A stretch of DNA of 63,753 bases, counting the filler, from Octopus bimaculoides (taxonomy: Eukaryota), in the NCBI RefSeq assembly GCF_001194135.2. It is 7 parts of 5 records of this genome, joined end to end, with 100 filler letters (N's around TTAATTAATTAA, not from the genome) between each part and the next. Parts side by side here need not be neighbours in the genome. Positions count along the whole stretch, not along the records: positions 1 to 7,881 come from NC_068994.1; positions 7,982 to 16,722 come from NC_068982.1; 5 more parts are not named here. One strand, 5' to 3'. Below, one piece after another: positions 1 to 13,422 of this stretch (its first letter is position 1; every line of letters begins with the position of its first letter). The position numbers and the translations under genes were made by a program. The notes beneath the pieces are model-generated. The model worked only from the letters and a program-made list of their open reading frames with translations, did no database searches and had not been told where the DNA came from.

Positions 1-1719
1 ATATATATATATATATATATACACACACATGAGCACACATACATTCATATATAAATACACACACACACATTCACTGATGTATGAAATTCATATAATCAAT
101 TGATTAGTTTCTTGCAATTTAGCCCCAGATTGACCTGGACTTGGCAGATTTATGATCAAAGGTATTTCCATCACGACCATCCCATCTTTGTCCACATTGG
201 CCAATGTGTCTGTCCTCATTTTTTTTTTTTTTTTAATAAAGTCAGGTGTGATTTGTGGGAATGTTGTTGATATTTCTAGCAGGTCAAGCACCCATGGAAA
301 AGGTTCCTTCATTGTTATACAATCATCTATGTAGAAGTCATATGGACTTTTGAATAGGACTTATCAATAGGCAGATGTTTGGGTCTTCAATACACAAAGA
401 TAATTACTCAGACGTCTTTATAATGTTACAGACTGTTATATAGTACTTATTCAAAGGCAGATGTTTTGATCTTGGATACAGGAAGTTGAACATAGCAATT
501 ATGAATAAAACTGTCAGTTGGTCATATAACAAAAGTCATATGATGGTTGAGGCCAAAAACATTCATGTCTATACCTACAGTGAAAATATACATTCCAAAA
601 CCAATATTAAATGTAGTTAATTATTATTAATTAATATCGAAATTTTATTAAAAAGTTATTATGAATACAAGCTAGTTAACATTTCTGATTGTCATGAGAT
701 ACCGAGTTATCTCCACATTCAGTGATTTTAGAGATTATATATATATATNNNNNNNNNNGCAGTTTTAGTCTCTTTTTTTTTTTATGAAATCTTTAGATGA
801 ATTTTTCTAAGTATTAGTTATAGAATTTTTTTTTGCCTTTGCGTATATGTGTGTGTGTGTGTGTGTGCTAGTGTTTTATATAGATATATAGTATCATTCT
901 TAATGTATATACACTGTTGACAGTCAAGATAAACTGTCTTATAGGTGTGCTATGTTAAAAACAATATATACTGGAGGGAGACAAAAAATCATCCAGCCAG
1001 TAACTAATAAGAACACCAAATGCTTCTTAGCTTTGCCCGTGCGTGCGTGTGTATGTATATGTGTGACATTATGTGGCCTAATTTGAGGTAGGAAATGAAT
1101 AATAGGTCTGTTGGACAAATTTGAATCACATATGTGTTGTGTGCCAGGTTTCTGTATTTCTGATTACACTGTACACCTCCTCCAAGTCCTTCCTTTCTGC
1201 ATTAAACAGACAAATATTACTGCTATTTCAGCAAAGCTTCTATCACTGCAAGTATTTTAATTGTTTTGTAGGTAATTTATTTGCTGTTCAGCCCCCACCC
1301 ACCAAACATTTTGTTCTCTTGTGTGTAACATAGCATAATGTGTTTGCATACACACACACAAACAAACAAACAATAATGAAAAAGCAAAGATCTTGCAGAT
1401 GTTTCATAATTTCATTCTAAACTTTACAGCTGTTTCGGTGCTAAAAAGCCAAGCTTCATCATTCATATAATTAGTAAATATATTTATATATATATATCAA
1501 AAATGCATAATTAATTTAGATGTGATAGATAAACAATTTTATCGGGAGATAAAACTGAAATGTGAAAAGGGAAACACCATTGTTGTATTAACTCACAAAC
1601 ACACACACACGTGTGTGCGCATACACTGAAACACACATATAGAAAGGCATTTCTAGAAATATTATCTCATGATAAAAGTCATATTACTTATCATATTGAA
1701 CTTACATTACAAATGAAGT

Positions 1720-1772
<53 letters not shown>

Positions 1773-1815
1773 ATATATGTGTGTGTGTGTGTATATATGT
1801 ATATGTGTGTGTATA

Positions 1816-1897
<82 letters not shown>

Positions 1898-2290
1898 TAC
1901 ATATATAGTAGCCTGTTTAGGCACAGCATATGTACCATTTCTTTCTCTAACACCTTCTAGTAAATACTAACATCCAGCCAGCCATGCATCATGCTAACTA
2001 ACTGACTGACCAAAACACTCACTGGTTCTGCATCCTATAGTACTTAAGGGCCATTCTCCCCTCTGACTTGTGCATGACAAAAAACTGTAGTTTGTTTCAA
2101 ATCAACCGAAATCGCTCTAGTGATAATCTACCTTCTCTCTCTCTCTTTTTCACATTTTTTCTCTCCTCAGTGATTCCAGTTCTTGTCGGTAAGTCTTCGT
2201 TTAGTGTTGTTGTTGTCATTGATGTTTTTCATCTTTTCTTTCCTTTTTCCCTCTTATGTAATTAACATTCTCATCTTAACCCTCATTATT

Positions 2291-2324
<34 letters not shown>

Positions 2325-3019
2325 TTTGCTCTTGGTTTATTCATCTGTTATTTTTGTAGTCTGGTGAGGTATTCTGAGGATGTGTTTAAATGTATTATCA
2401 TTATTATTATTATTATTATTATTCATTTGTGCTGTTTTTTCCCCCTTTTGTGAGAATCTCATGTCAAAAGTAGTTGCAGAAATATGTCTGCATGTGTGTA
2501 TGTACATGTGCATGTGTGTACACACATACAGATATATATATAAACGATTGTTTCTATGTTTCATTATATATGAAAACAGTCAAGTGTTATTTGGAGCATC
2601 ACTCAGTAATAGTACATTTAAGTAGAGTATCAATTCATTTTGACAAAGGAAAACAGTTGAGAGTGACTTCAAAGTTTAGTCTTACTTGCAGTTGTCAAAC
2701 AGATAACTGCAACTAAGCTAAAATTTTGAAGTCACTGTCAACCATTTTGCTTGTAAAAATATGTTAGTTTGTATGTGTGTACACATTTAAGATTACTGAT
2801 GAAAAAAGGCGTACTCAATACATGTAGAGTTTATTTGGATAATGTTAAACATCTTCTCCCAACATATTTGAAATTTTCATCCAGTGCAGTTAATAATAAA
2901 CTGGCAATCTAAATGTCTGAGAAACTAGAAAGTAAGTCATTGAATCTATTCATTCATTCATATATTTATACACATATGTATATACATATAGATGTTTGTA
3001 TATATATGTATGTGTGTGT

Positions 3020-3087
<68 letters not shown>

Positions 3088-3141
3088 AGAGATTTATGTC
3101 AAAGAAATTACAAACTTCAAGAGACATAAAATAAGTTGTTT

Positions 3142-3267
3142 TTAACCTTTAGCATGCTGTATGCACATCATGTTATCATATGAGTTTTCTCCCCTCTCAA
3201 TGTACCAGCAGCTACCAGGGAGAAAACTCTATGGTGACATGATGCACCTAAGCATACTAAAGATTAA
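3142..3267. mobile_element. piggyBac-type palindromic MITE
   Basis: TTAA at both ends (3142-3145, 3264-3267), TIRs CCTTTAGCATGCT/AGCATACTAAAGA, and internal arms TCATGTTATCATATGAGTTTTCTCCC/GGGAGAAAACTCTATGGTGACATGA. Confidence 0.75.
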
Positions 3268-3398
3268 TGGAGAAAATTGAAATCGATAAAGCGATAAATG
3301 ACAATGTAAATATTAGATTTAAAAAGCCCTTGGACGGAAAAAGCTCACATCTGTTTACATGAGACATACCATATATATATGTGTGTGTGTATGTATAC

Positions 3399-3448
<50 letters not shown>

Positions 3449-5422
3449 GAAGAAAAGCAACAAAAATGAATTAGGTTATAGCAGTACGTACGTTTCGTAC
3501 AAACTTCATTTATTTCTGTAGTGAGAACACCACATAAGATATGCAATGAAAATGTACTCCTTAGCTGCATAATGGAAGTTCATTTCAGAAAGTCATTTTG
3601 TAAATGTGTGCAAATACAAGAGTAGGAGATGAAGAAAATACCATCTTGACTGGGCTGGTATAAATGAGGTTGTTTTTGATTTGTTAGTGTTTTGGTTTTC
3701 CTTTGAAAGAGGAATTGATAAAAATATAATCAGCGTTTCAACTGTGTGTGAGTATATGTGTATGTGAATGTTTGTGTGTGTGTGCAATGGAAATGGGATG
3801 GTGAATGTTCAATGCTGAAAAGAAAAATCAAACAGCGTTTCAACTTTGTTCGAGTATATATGTGTAAGTGTGTGCATGTACAAGGGAAGTATATGAATGT
3901 TTGTATGTGTGATTATTATGTACCTTATATATAAAATACTACAATTAGCCGTCATTTTTGATGGCACAGAGTCAGCTAGTTTAACAAATAAATCCAGATC
4001 GTAGTGTTGTGAGTTGGTATTTCAATTAACAAGACATATGAGGGGTGTAGAGAGTGCAGTGATAGACTGGAGTAAATACCTTAGAGTATTTAGTTTCAGT
4101 TATCTCTGTCCTGAGTTCAAAATCCATTGGGGTCAATATGTTGCCTTTCATTGTTAGAGGAATCAATAATCATGATCATCATCACCATCATCATTGTTTA
4201 CTCGGATAGCAAAGAGTCAATCGGGTGTATCCTTGTGTCAATGTGAGTAACCAGTGTTTAGAGTAGGTGCCTTTCTGGAATTAAACAACAGCTTTATTTT
4301 GGTGCCAAATATTCTTGTGTCTACTTTTTGAGATAATCTTTTGTTTCCGAGTAGCATGGTGGTACTATGCTTTTCTATTTTTTACCTTTGTCTGTGTATT
4401 GTGTGTGATGCAACGCAGCCTATTACTGCACCGTTGACCAATAGCTGCCTCTTCCCCCTTCTTCCTCTTAGCTTCTGCATCTCACCTGTCTCTATTATAT
4501 ATCTTGTTTAATGGTCAGTTGTAATTTGTGGTCAGTTGTTTGTGGTGGTCCATGGTTTGTGGTCTGTTCAGTCTCATGCTCTGTACAATATGCTGGAAAT
4601 ATATATACTGCTTAATATATATATATATATTTACATACACACACACACATACCAATGTACATGCATATACAAATACCTATATACAACATACATTCACACA
4701 CTCACACACATACACACATATACATTTATAATTGAACACCCTTTGTTTACACAACCTCAGGTACTGTTTGTCCATTCTATCCAAGAACGTCAAATTTTTT
4801 TATCTCAAATCTTATGCATGCCAAAGGAGAGGAGAGAAATATTGTCATACACTTGTGTGTGTGTGTGTGTGTATATATATGTGTATATATATAGATGTCT
4901 TGTTTTGTTTTTTTCCTTCATGATTTCATGGTTTTTGTTAAATACTTTTTTTCCTATTTACAGGTAATTTTTATTTTATCACTTCAAAATTATTTTTACA
5001 CTCTCAAAACAATAATGGTACTTGTGTATGTGTGAAAGAGAGAAAGAAACAAAAAATCTGTTTCAAGTACAGTAGAAGTATATTTTGGTGTTGTATATAA
5101 TTACAATATAATATAGAAGATGGAACGATAACAATTAACTCTGATGTTTATATTTTTAAATAATATTTTAATATGCATACCTCATTTAATACATGTGCAG
5201 AGGGAGAGGGAGAGACTGATACGATAGTATTTGTATTTATAAATATATGTGTGTGTATATGTGAGTGTATATGTGTGTATATTAGACTACAGTTTTGCAC
5301 CTTGGAGATTGAACTTTAAGGACTCATCTTTACAGTCAAGTGTCATACCCTAGAATTTACTCCTGTTCTCACCAAATTCTTTTCTTCATACCGTCATTCT
5401 CTACAGAGATATACCCTGACAT

Positions 5423-6660
5423 TTGGAAGCACACACCACTGTGTTGCATTTCAAAGAAAGGCAGTGCCTCCAACCCAGCCAACTATCATCCTGGTGTTCT
5501 AACCTCATGACCATTGACATTGACTTTCTTCAACACCTTGAAACTCATTCTGTTGTCCTCGGCATCTCGTATGGCTTCTGCAGAGCCAAGGCCACTGGTG
5601 ATCTTCTCTGTAATGTCATTCACCAGTGGGTTCTTGCTTTAAAGAAGTTTGGTGAAAGAAGTGTTTCTCTGGATACCAAGAAAGCTTTCAGCCATGACTG
5701 GCATGCAAACCTCCTCTCATAACTTCCTACCTATAGACTTCACTCATCTCTCATCTATTAGTTCAATAGCTTCCTATTTGATTATACAGTTGCAGCATGT
5801 GTTCACTGTGTTGTTTCTACTTCACTCTCAGACAACTCTAGTGTTCTTCAGGTTTCATTTTGTCACTCATTGACTTGCCGTTACATCCAACAGTATCCAC
5901 TCTTATGCAGACAACATGACCATTCATTTCTCTTTAGCTGTCTCCAGTTGTGCCATCACTCACCTAGAGCCCAGGCACCGCATGCCAAATCTGCACTGAT
6001 TCTATAAACAGAGACCTTCAATGGGGCCAGCATTGCAACAGTGCTGGCCAGAAAAACTCAAGAACTACTCATTTCCAGAAAATACCACAGCATGCACCCC
6101 ACTAAACATGATTGGCACTCAGCTGGAGCCATCACAGTCTCTCCAAATGCTGGACTGCATTGTCACCAAGAATTTCTCCTGGTGAGCGCACATCTTTAGC
6201 ATAACTAGGACTGCATCACAAAAACTGGCCCTTCTCTTTAGGACCACAAAATATTTTAGCTTCCAACAGCTGCTGTTAACTTTACGGGGCTTAAGTGAAG
6301 TGCATCCAGAGAAGGTCCACTCAGCTAATTGGTTTTCAGTCACTTACAAACATACTCCAGACAAGCTTGCTGTCTCTTCTCCCTATGTTTTCTATTGCTA
6401 CTATAGTAGCCTTTGATCAAATAACTCCACTACTCAGGCACCTGTGATTCACTTTTGGTGCTTCCAACCCTGGCACCCCTACATAAACTATTTTGCTCAG
6501 ACCTTTCTTCCCAGAATATCAGCCCTCTGGGATCTTTTCCTTGTCCATGCCTTTCCTGTAAGAGTTTAAATCGAATATTAACAGTATTAAACTCACCAAT
6601 TTGGAAGACCTGCAAAGATCAAGGCAATGTCTTCTCCTTCAGGCTCAACAACTATAAAAA
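5423..6660 (+). mobile_element. Decayed non-LTR retrotransposon (Jockey/CR1-superfamily) RT region
   Basis: Frameshifted motifs PANYHPGVLTS, YGFCRAKATGDLLCNVIHQW, SLDTKKAFSHDWHANLLS and HSYADNMT (YADD), followed by an A-rich end near 6655. Confidence 0.85.
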
Positions 6661-7514
6661 AAAAGGGGGTGAAATAAAGAATAAGGAAGTTTTTCTATGG
6701 TCATAGCTTTTTTTTTTATATTATTGATAAGAGTTTCAGCCCTGACGTCATCACCCCAGTTAATTCTTTCTGATCTTGTAGTATACAAATAAGGTCGATC
6801 TTGTGTTTGTTGTGTTTGCTTTTGTTTCACATGGACATTGTCGTTTTCATGTTAGTGGTGGGATGGTTTTACTGTCAGGGTAATTATCGGTGGGGCTGGG
6901 CGTCCCTTACTACCAGCATAGTGGAACAGATACGGTACGCTTTCACACACATGAAAAGGGGAAAAAACTTCTTATCCAAACAGTTACGGAACAAACACCT
7001 CCTTTTTTAAGTGTTTAAAAACTGGAAATTGTTTTGGTCAGCCAAGCCAAAAAACAAAAAGATGTACAGAGTTACGTCCCTTGGTTAGTATGGAAAATAC
7101 TGGTGCTCAATATTGTAACTACGGCAATGAGATATAGATTTATTCACCTCCCTACTGATGGCAGGGTCAGTAAACTAGCAGCTTAATATCAATACTATGA
7201 TAAAATATAATGTTCGAATATAAGCCACACGTTCGTGAGTTCAGATCTTAGTAGAAGCCATTGTGTTGTTATTTGACCATGGCAAGGTACGTAACTCTGT
7301 TTGCCAAACTAATAAAAGCTCCATTTTTATTTCTTTTGTGAGGCGTTTGCAGCAGAATGGACATCAAACTATAAAAAATGATTATTGCAATATGATATAA
7401 AAGCAAGTTTGGAAAGATAAATGTGAAACAGCAAAATATATTGCATATGATTTACGTGTGATATGATATATAAAAACATTCACGTGCAATATGTGTGTGT
7501 GTGTATATATCTCT

Positions 7515-7881
7515 TTTACTCTTTTTACTTGTTCCAGTCATTTGACTGCGGCCATGCTGGAGCACCGCCTTTAGTCGAATCAAATCGACCCCAGGACTTA
7601 TTCTTTCTAAGCCTAGTACTTATTTTATCGGTCTCTTTTTGCCGAACCGCTAAGTTACGGGCACGTTAACACACCAGCATCGGTTGTCAAGCGATGTGGG
7701 GGGGGGGGCAAACACAGATACACAATATATACACACATACATATATATATACATATATACGACGGGCTTCTTTCAGTTTCCGTCTACCAAATCCACTCAA
7801 AAAGCTTTGGTCGGCCCGAGGCTATAGTAAAAGACACTTGCCCAAGGTGCCATGCAGTGGGACTGAACCCGGAACCATGTG
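7515..7881 (-). mobile_element. SINE family B copy (head cut by gap)
   Basis: Near-identical to 51791-52201. Confidence 0.9.
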
Positions 7882-7981
7882 NNNNNNNNNNNNNNNNNNN
7901 NNNNNNNNNNNNNNNNNNNNNNNNNTTAATTAATTAANNNNNNNNNNNNNNNNNNNNNNNNNNNNNNNNNNNNNNNNNNNN
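7882..7981. other. Assembly linker: 44 N + TTAATTAATTAA + 44 N (also 16723-16822, 29382-29481, 38138-38237, 57066-57165, 61622-61721)
   Basis: Six identical 100-bp spacers, each with a 12-mer that places stops in all six frames. Confidence 0.97.
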
Positions 7982-8018
<37 letters not shown>

Positions 8019-8040
8019 TACATATATATTTTCTTTTTAA

Positions 8041-8290
8041 GTTTCAGCTTAGAGCTGCGGCCATGCTGATGCACCACCGTGTTGCTACACTGTTATTACA
8101 GGGAGATTCTTACAATATGTGGCACTTGGTGAAGAATGGAGTTTGATTTAGCAACCCTCATTTGCACCTGCTGCCGCGAGGTAGGTTCATCTGGGACTCT
8201 CGATAGGAAGAGGTCCAGCTTTGATTTAAAAACTCCTACATCTACGTTGTGCAGATTCCTCAGGCTCTTTGGGAGAATATTAAAAAGCTA
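8041..8290 (-). mobile_element. 3' end of a CR1-like LINE
   Basis: Minus strand translates LFNILPKSLRNLHNVDVGVFKSKLDLFLSRVPDEPTSRQQVQMRVAKSNSILHQ, homologous to 51016-51352. The 3' UTR reads GGTGGTGCATCAGCATGGCCGCAGCTCTAAGCTGAAAC. Confidence 0.8.
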
Positions 8291-8299
8291 TATATTATT

Positions 8300-8500
8300 T
8301 TATTCTTTTACTTGTTTCAGTTATTTGACTGAGGTCATGCTGAAGCACGACCTCTAGTCGAAGAAATCGGACTCAGGACATACTTTTTTTAAGCCTAGTA
8401 CTTCATCTATCGGTCTCTTTTGCCAAACCAATAGGTGTCGGGGACATTAACACACCAACGTCGGTTGTCAAGTGATAACGGGGTGAGGGACAAACACATA
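8300..8500 (-). mobile_element. SINE family B 3' half
   Basis: Matches the tail portion of 51791-52201. Confidence 0.8.
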
Positions 8501-8689
8501 AATATATCAGCATAGGGTAAGTTTGCTGATGCATGATAGCCTCTGTGGAGATACAATTAAGGAACTGCATTATCATGAACCACACACACCCACTCACGCA
8601 CTTTCGGCATGATAGATCGTTAGCCACTAAAGGTTTTTCTATTTTTTCTGTATTCTATTATTTTCTCTCCTTGTTTATTTCTGTGTTCC

Positions 8690-8723
8690 TTTGTGTTGAA
8701 GAGCGTAGGCTCGAAACGCAAAA
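8690..8723 (+). ncRNA. Decayed hammerhead-like motif in a Penelope-type terminal repeat fragment (~8600-8830)
   Basis: TTT GTGTTGA A GAGC GTAG GCTC GAAAC GCA AAA. Stem II is perfect and followed by GAAAC, but the core has several substitutions. Confidence 0.35.
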
Positions 8724-8943
8724 AACTTTCTCAGTTCCCGAGCGTTAAACTAATACACCTGTTTGTTGTTTACACATCCGTCTTCGGGTTTTGTTTCTTT
8801 TGTAAATTCTCACAATAAATATATAAGTACGTGTGTTTGTATATACATACATTTATATATGCATATATATATATATATATANNNNNNNNNNNNNNNNNNN
8901 NNNNNNNNNNNNNNNNNNNNNNNNNNNNNNNNNNATATATAAA

Positions 8944-9200
8944 AGTTGTTTTTGGAAGACCAGCTGTCACCCATATATACCGGCCTCCCCACTCCACGCC
9001 ACTAGTGTTATGGAAGGGAAAGGTAAAAGTTGATTCAGCTTGGCACCTGTGACGTCGCAACTCATTTCTACACCTGAGTGAATTGGAGCAACGTGAAATA
9101 AAGTGTCTTGCTCAAGAACACAACTCACTGCCCGTTCCGGGATTCGAACTCACGATCTCATGATCGTAAGCTCAACGCTCTAATCACTGAGCCATGCGCC
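8944..9200 (-). mobile_element. tRNA-derived SINE with a distinct tail
   Basis: Head GGCGCATGGCTCAGTGATTAGAGCG..GAGTTCGAATCCC (same head type as 37577) with a different 3' part. Confidence 0.8.
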
Positions 9201-10324
9201 TTCACATATATACATATATGCATGTATATGTGTGTGTGTGTGTGTGTATCTGTGTGTGTGTGTGTTTGTTCAATAGATATTTTTTCAGTTATGAATGAAT
9301 CTTAACCGAATCCATTCCGGAGAAATCATTAAAAAAACCGCTTCAGTCTTACGCTAGTGTATTCCCTGAAGAAAAGTTTTTATTGGAATTTCAGTAATGA
9401 TCGATCGATGCAGAGCGATGAACTTACAAGATTCAAACTGATTTGAAATATACAATCTTCATTCAGCAAGAAAGATAAACATAACAGTTGTAGTCACTCG
9501 GAAATCAGCTCAAAGTTCACACTTTATTGTTGACCTAATGATTTCGTTGACGTGACGGTTTAAAGCAACATATGGATTACATCGAAATATCTAAATTACT
9601 AAATCTTGAAACTGTATGAGTGCTAAAAGTAAGATTATAGGGCAAATGTTCTGCATAAGACAAGAGTTTCGGTTAAACAATATCTGGAAATCAATATAGA
9701 AACAGAGTCAAGACTATTGAAAAGGTTGCAAGACGCAACGAAAATTTTAGGAAAATAAAAATAATAAGTGGAAATTTTAACGGTGAGTGTGTTATATTTT
9801 AAGTCACGATAAGAAAATGACTCTCTCCAGACACAACAGAATACTAGTCTATGTATTTTTCAGAAGGAGAAAAAATAAATTACTGCCATTTATTATGTAG
9901 ACTTCTGATTAATAGTTTACGGATACGCAACACACACATACACACACACACACCCACACACCCACACACAAACACACACACACATGTATATATGTATATA
10001 TAGTATATATACATAAACACACACGGGCGCACCACATGCACACACGCTCACACGAACAGACGAACAAGCATATAGTTTAATGGTCCGTTAAGCTAAGATG
10101 TACAATAATGTAATCTATTCGGTAATGATACATATGTGTGTGTGTGTATGTGTGTATGTGTGTGTGTCTATGTGTTTGTGTGTATAATAAATATGTAATT
10201 TTCTCTGCACACTGAATGTTTCGAAATTCTATCAAACGTTAATTGGATTTAACTGTCAGGCATGAATATTTACCTGGACTCTCTATTCTTACATTTACAG
10301 GTATCTAATTTTTGAATATTGGCT

Positions 10325-10386
<62 letters not shown>

Positions 10387-11200
10387 CATATACATACATA
10401 TATATATAGACAGATATATATGTATGTATATATGTATATATATAAATATATATATACGTATATGAATATATATCTATATATGTATATACATATCTAACTA
10501 TGTCTCTCTCTATATATGTATGCATCCATACATATATACATACATACAAGCACATACATGCATACATATATGTGCGTATTGATACACCAGTAATATACAC
10601 ATAGAGAAAAGGAAATTATACGCGTTTGTAATCACACTCATTGTTACTCCCTAATGCGCGCACTTGTAAAGATTTTGAGGTCGACTAAGGGATAATATAT
10701 CTGTATATACTATTATTTTATCTTTGTTTACATATCCATTGAAACGGTTTTAATTTATGCCCTCGGTTCAAATATAATTGACCAATTATAGAGATCGCTG
10801 GACTTAGCCTGTTCTTAAACGGACAACGGGTTGGTTTCTCTGTAATATTTCTGTGAGTACACTATATTAAGCCTCCTACGTTTATGTTTTGCATACATAT
10901 TATGTATGAGTTTTTTCGTTAGCAAACGTGATCCCCTTTGACAGTCATGTTAATAATTTTCCTTGCATTATTTCTTCTTGGTAACTTCTTTTAGTAATTC
11001 TTAAAACATCTTGGTTCCCCTTTTATACCGGAATTACCCGAAAAAAGTTTTTGCTCCCTAGACCAGCACAAGATCACTCTCTTACCTACGAACTTTGATA
11101 GTAGATTATATGCCTTTAATATTTTGTGCCTATAAACTCCTTTCCTAGGCCATGTTTTCTTTCCTATTCCTTCTTCCTTTTGTTTATTTTGCATTTCCTT

Positions 11201-11313
11201 TACTCTGATGAAGCATCATGCCCTGATTCAGATGTTCTAAGAAGATGAAGAATTCTATCTTCGCAATTATTTGTAGACATTGATTGACATCGTATGCGGA
11301 AACGGCCGTAAGA
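11201..11313 (+). ncRNA. Type-I hammerhead-like motif with eroded stem I
   Basis: CTGATGA (11205-11211) A GCAT..ATGC G GAAAC GGCC GTA AG. Stem III is the palindrome ACGGCCGT and the triplet is GUA; stem I has only 2 bp (CT/AG). Confidence 0.5.
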
Positions 11314-12909
11314 TTGTTATGTCACAGAAATGTTATGTCATGTTTTGCATTAAACAATAAGCAATACATGTAGTCCAACTGATGTGCTTGTTGATCTGAG
11401 GTTTTCTCCATTTTCTGATGATAAATAAATATATATACATTGGCAGATCTAAAATTTTAAAAACAAATATATATGTACATATGTATGTATATATGCGTGT
11501 ATGTACGCACGTATGCATACAATACGGGGATTATTTCAGTTTCCGTCAGCCAAATCAACAATTCGTGGTCGACCTGGGATTACAGTTGAAGACATTACCA
11601 CACACTTAATTTGTACCCAGAACTGTACTGTTTGGAGGCATGTTTAATTCCCTCAACACTGTGCCTGCACGTAAATATATATAGCATTTTTTAAATCTAT
11701 GTATGTATATGTATGCGTATGTATTTGTACGTATATGTATTTCTATGTGATTGTTACTTGTGTGCCAACTATTTCTGAAAATTGCCGGTATTCTTTTTGA
11801 ACTGTCAAATGTGCTAAATATTGATTCAACGAATAGCGGAAGGTGAGAGAGAAAGGCGATAATTGTGTGATTGGCATTTGAAAGGTTACAAGTGTTTCGC
11901 AGAAATGGCTTTGTTTCCTAACGCGTCGCTAATAGCCGGAAGGGTCTTTTCAAATTCTGGTACTTTGCAACGCGTTGTGGGAGAACGAGTGGTGGCGTAA
12001 ATATTCTCGCCTTTTAATCATCGTCATTCATCCTGCAGTTAGAGCTTAGCACTGAATCCTGATAAGAAGTACTGTTTTTGCATTTTGCATAGTAACCTTG
12101 CTACAGCAACATAGCTACCCTAAGCTGAACACTAAGCGTTCTTAATTTTGCCAGTATCGGTTACATATCCAGATAAAATTTGAATAGTGTTTTCTCAGAC
12201 CGCAGTTAAGTCGTTCAGTATTATGAGTGTGTTTCGATCGACGTATTTTTGATGTTACCAGAACGTGATTCTCTGAGTAGCTGAATTTAATTTAAATTGA
12301 ATTTTACAACTTTTCATGAACAGTCATAAATTCATGTAAGTTAACTTTTAGTATGAATATTGTATTCAATTAATGCAGCATATTTCTTAAGTTTACATCA
12401 ATATAAACTATGCAAATGAACTGAGTGTGAAAACGCGTGATTAGATGAATTTCTTAAATATTCACATTTTGTAACTTCTACTTCTATACGCGTGTATAAA
12501 CACTTAGACGTATATATANNNNNNNNNNNNNNNNNNNNNNNNNNNNNNNNNNNNNNNNNNNNNNNNNNNNNNNNNNNNNNNNNNNNNNNNNNNNNNNNNN
12601 NNNNNNNNNNNNNNNNNNNNNNNNNNNNNNNNNNNNNNNNNNNNNNNNNNNNNNNNNNNNNNNNNNNNNNNNNNNNNNNNNNNNNNNNNNNNNNNNNNNN
12701 NNNNNNNNNNNNNNNNNNNNNNNNNNNNNNNNNNNNAAATAATATTTCGGATAGAATAAATGGGTTAATAGAAACCAAGGTAGCAAAGATCACAAAATAA
12801 CTGTGGTGTAAACCTCTTAGTGAGGCAGAAACTCCTTGATATTTTAGGTATTTGAGTATATATAAAAATTTAAGGAATGCAGTAAACGCATGTAATAACT
12901 GCATACTTT

Positions 12910-12995
12910 ATTCAGACATATGTTTCGAAGAATTACAATTTATGCGATCCATAGGAATCGTCGATGTTAAGAATGTAAACTTCTCCTCAGGGAAT
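12910..12995 (-). ncRNA. Type-I hammerhead ribozyme-like motif, intact core (Penelope-like pLTR type)
   Basis: Minus strand reads ATTCC CTGAGGA GAAG..(49 nt)..CTTC GAAAC ATAT GTC TGAAT. Core CUGAGGA/GAAA/GUC is intact; stem II is GAAG/CTTC with further TTACA/TGTAA pairing; stem III is the palindrome ACATATGT; stem I has 4 bp plus one C-U mismatch; AATAAA follows. Confidence 0.7.
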
Positions 12996-13382
12996 GTATG
13001 GGAACCATCTTAAACGTAAGACATTATGACCGAGTATGAAAACTATAGTTGGAGAAGGTTAGAGCTTAATCCATTTGAAAAAACCGTTGGAGATTAGGAC
13101 GCTACCAGATAGTACGTTGGACAAGAAGGGAAGAAAAAAAGAAAAGAAAAAAGAAAAAAAGAGAAAGAAAATTCAGAGTGGAATGTTATGTAATAAAAAA
13201 GCATTATAAATGGGTTTAATCTTGTGTTTCTACAAAAATATTCAGATGAGTGTATATACTCATTTATACTTATGTGTATGCTCATATATACACACAAACA
13301 AATCCACAGTTACTCCCATAAGTTCATGTATGTATATTTATATACATACTCACGTCAAAACTCACACTCATATATACATACG

Positions 13383-13422
<40 letters not shown>

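Noticed and set aside
9360-9480. CTGAAGA followed by GAAAT
   Set aside because: No stem I or stem III complementarity.
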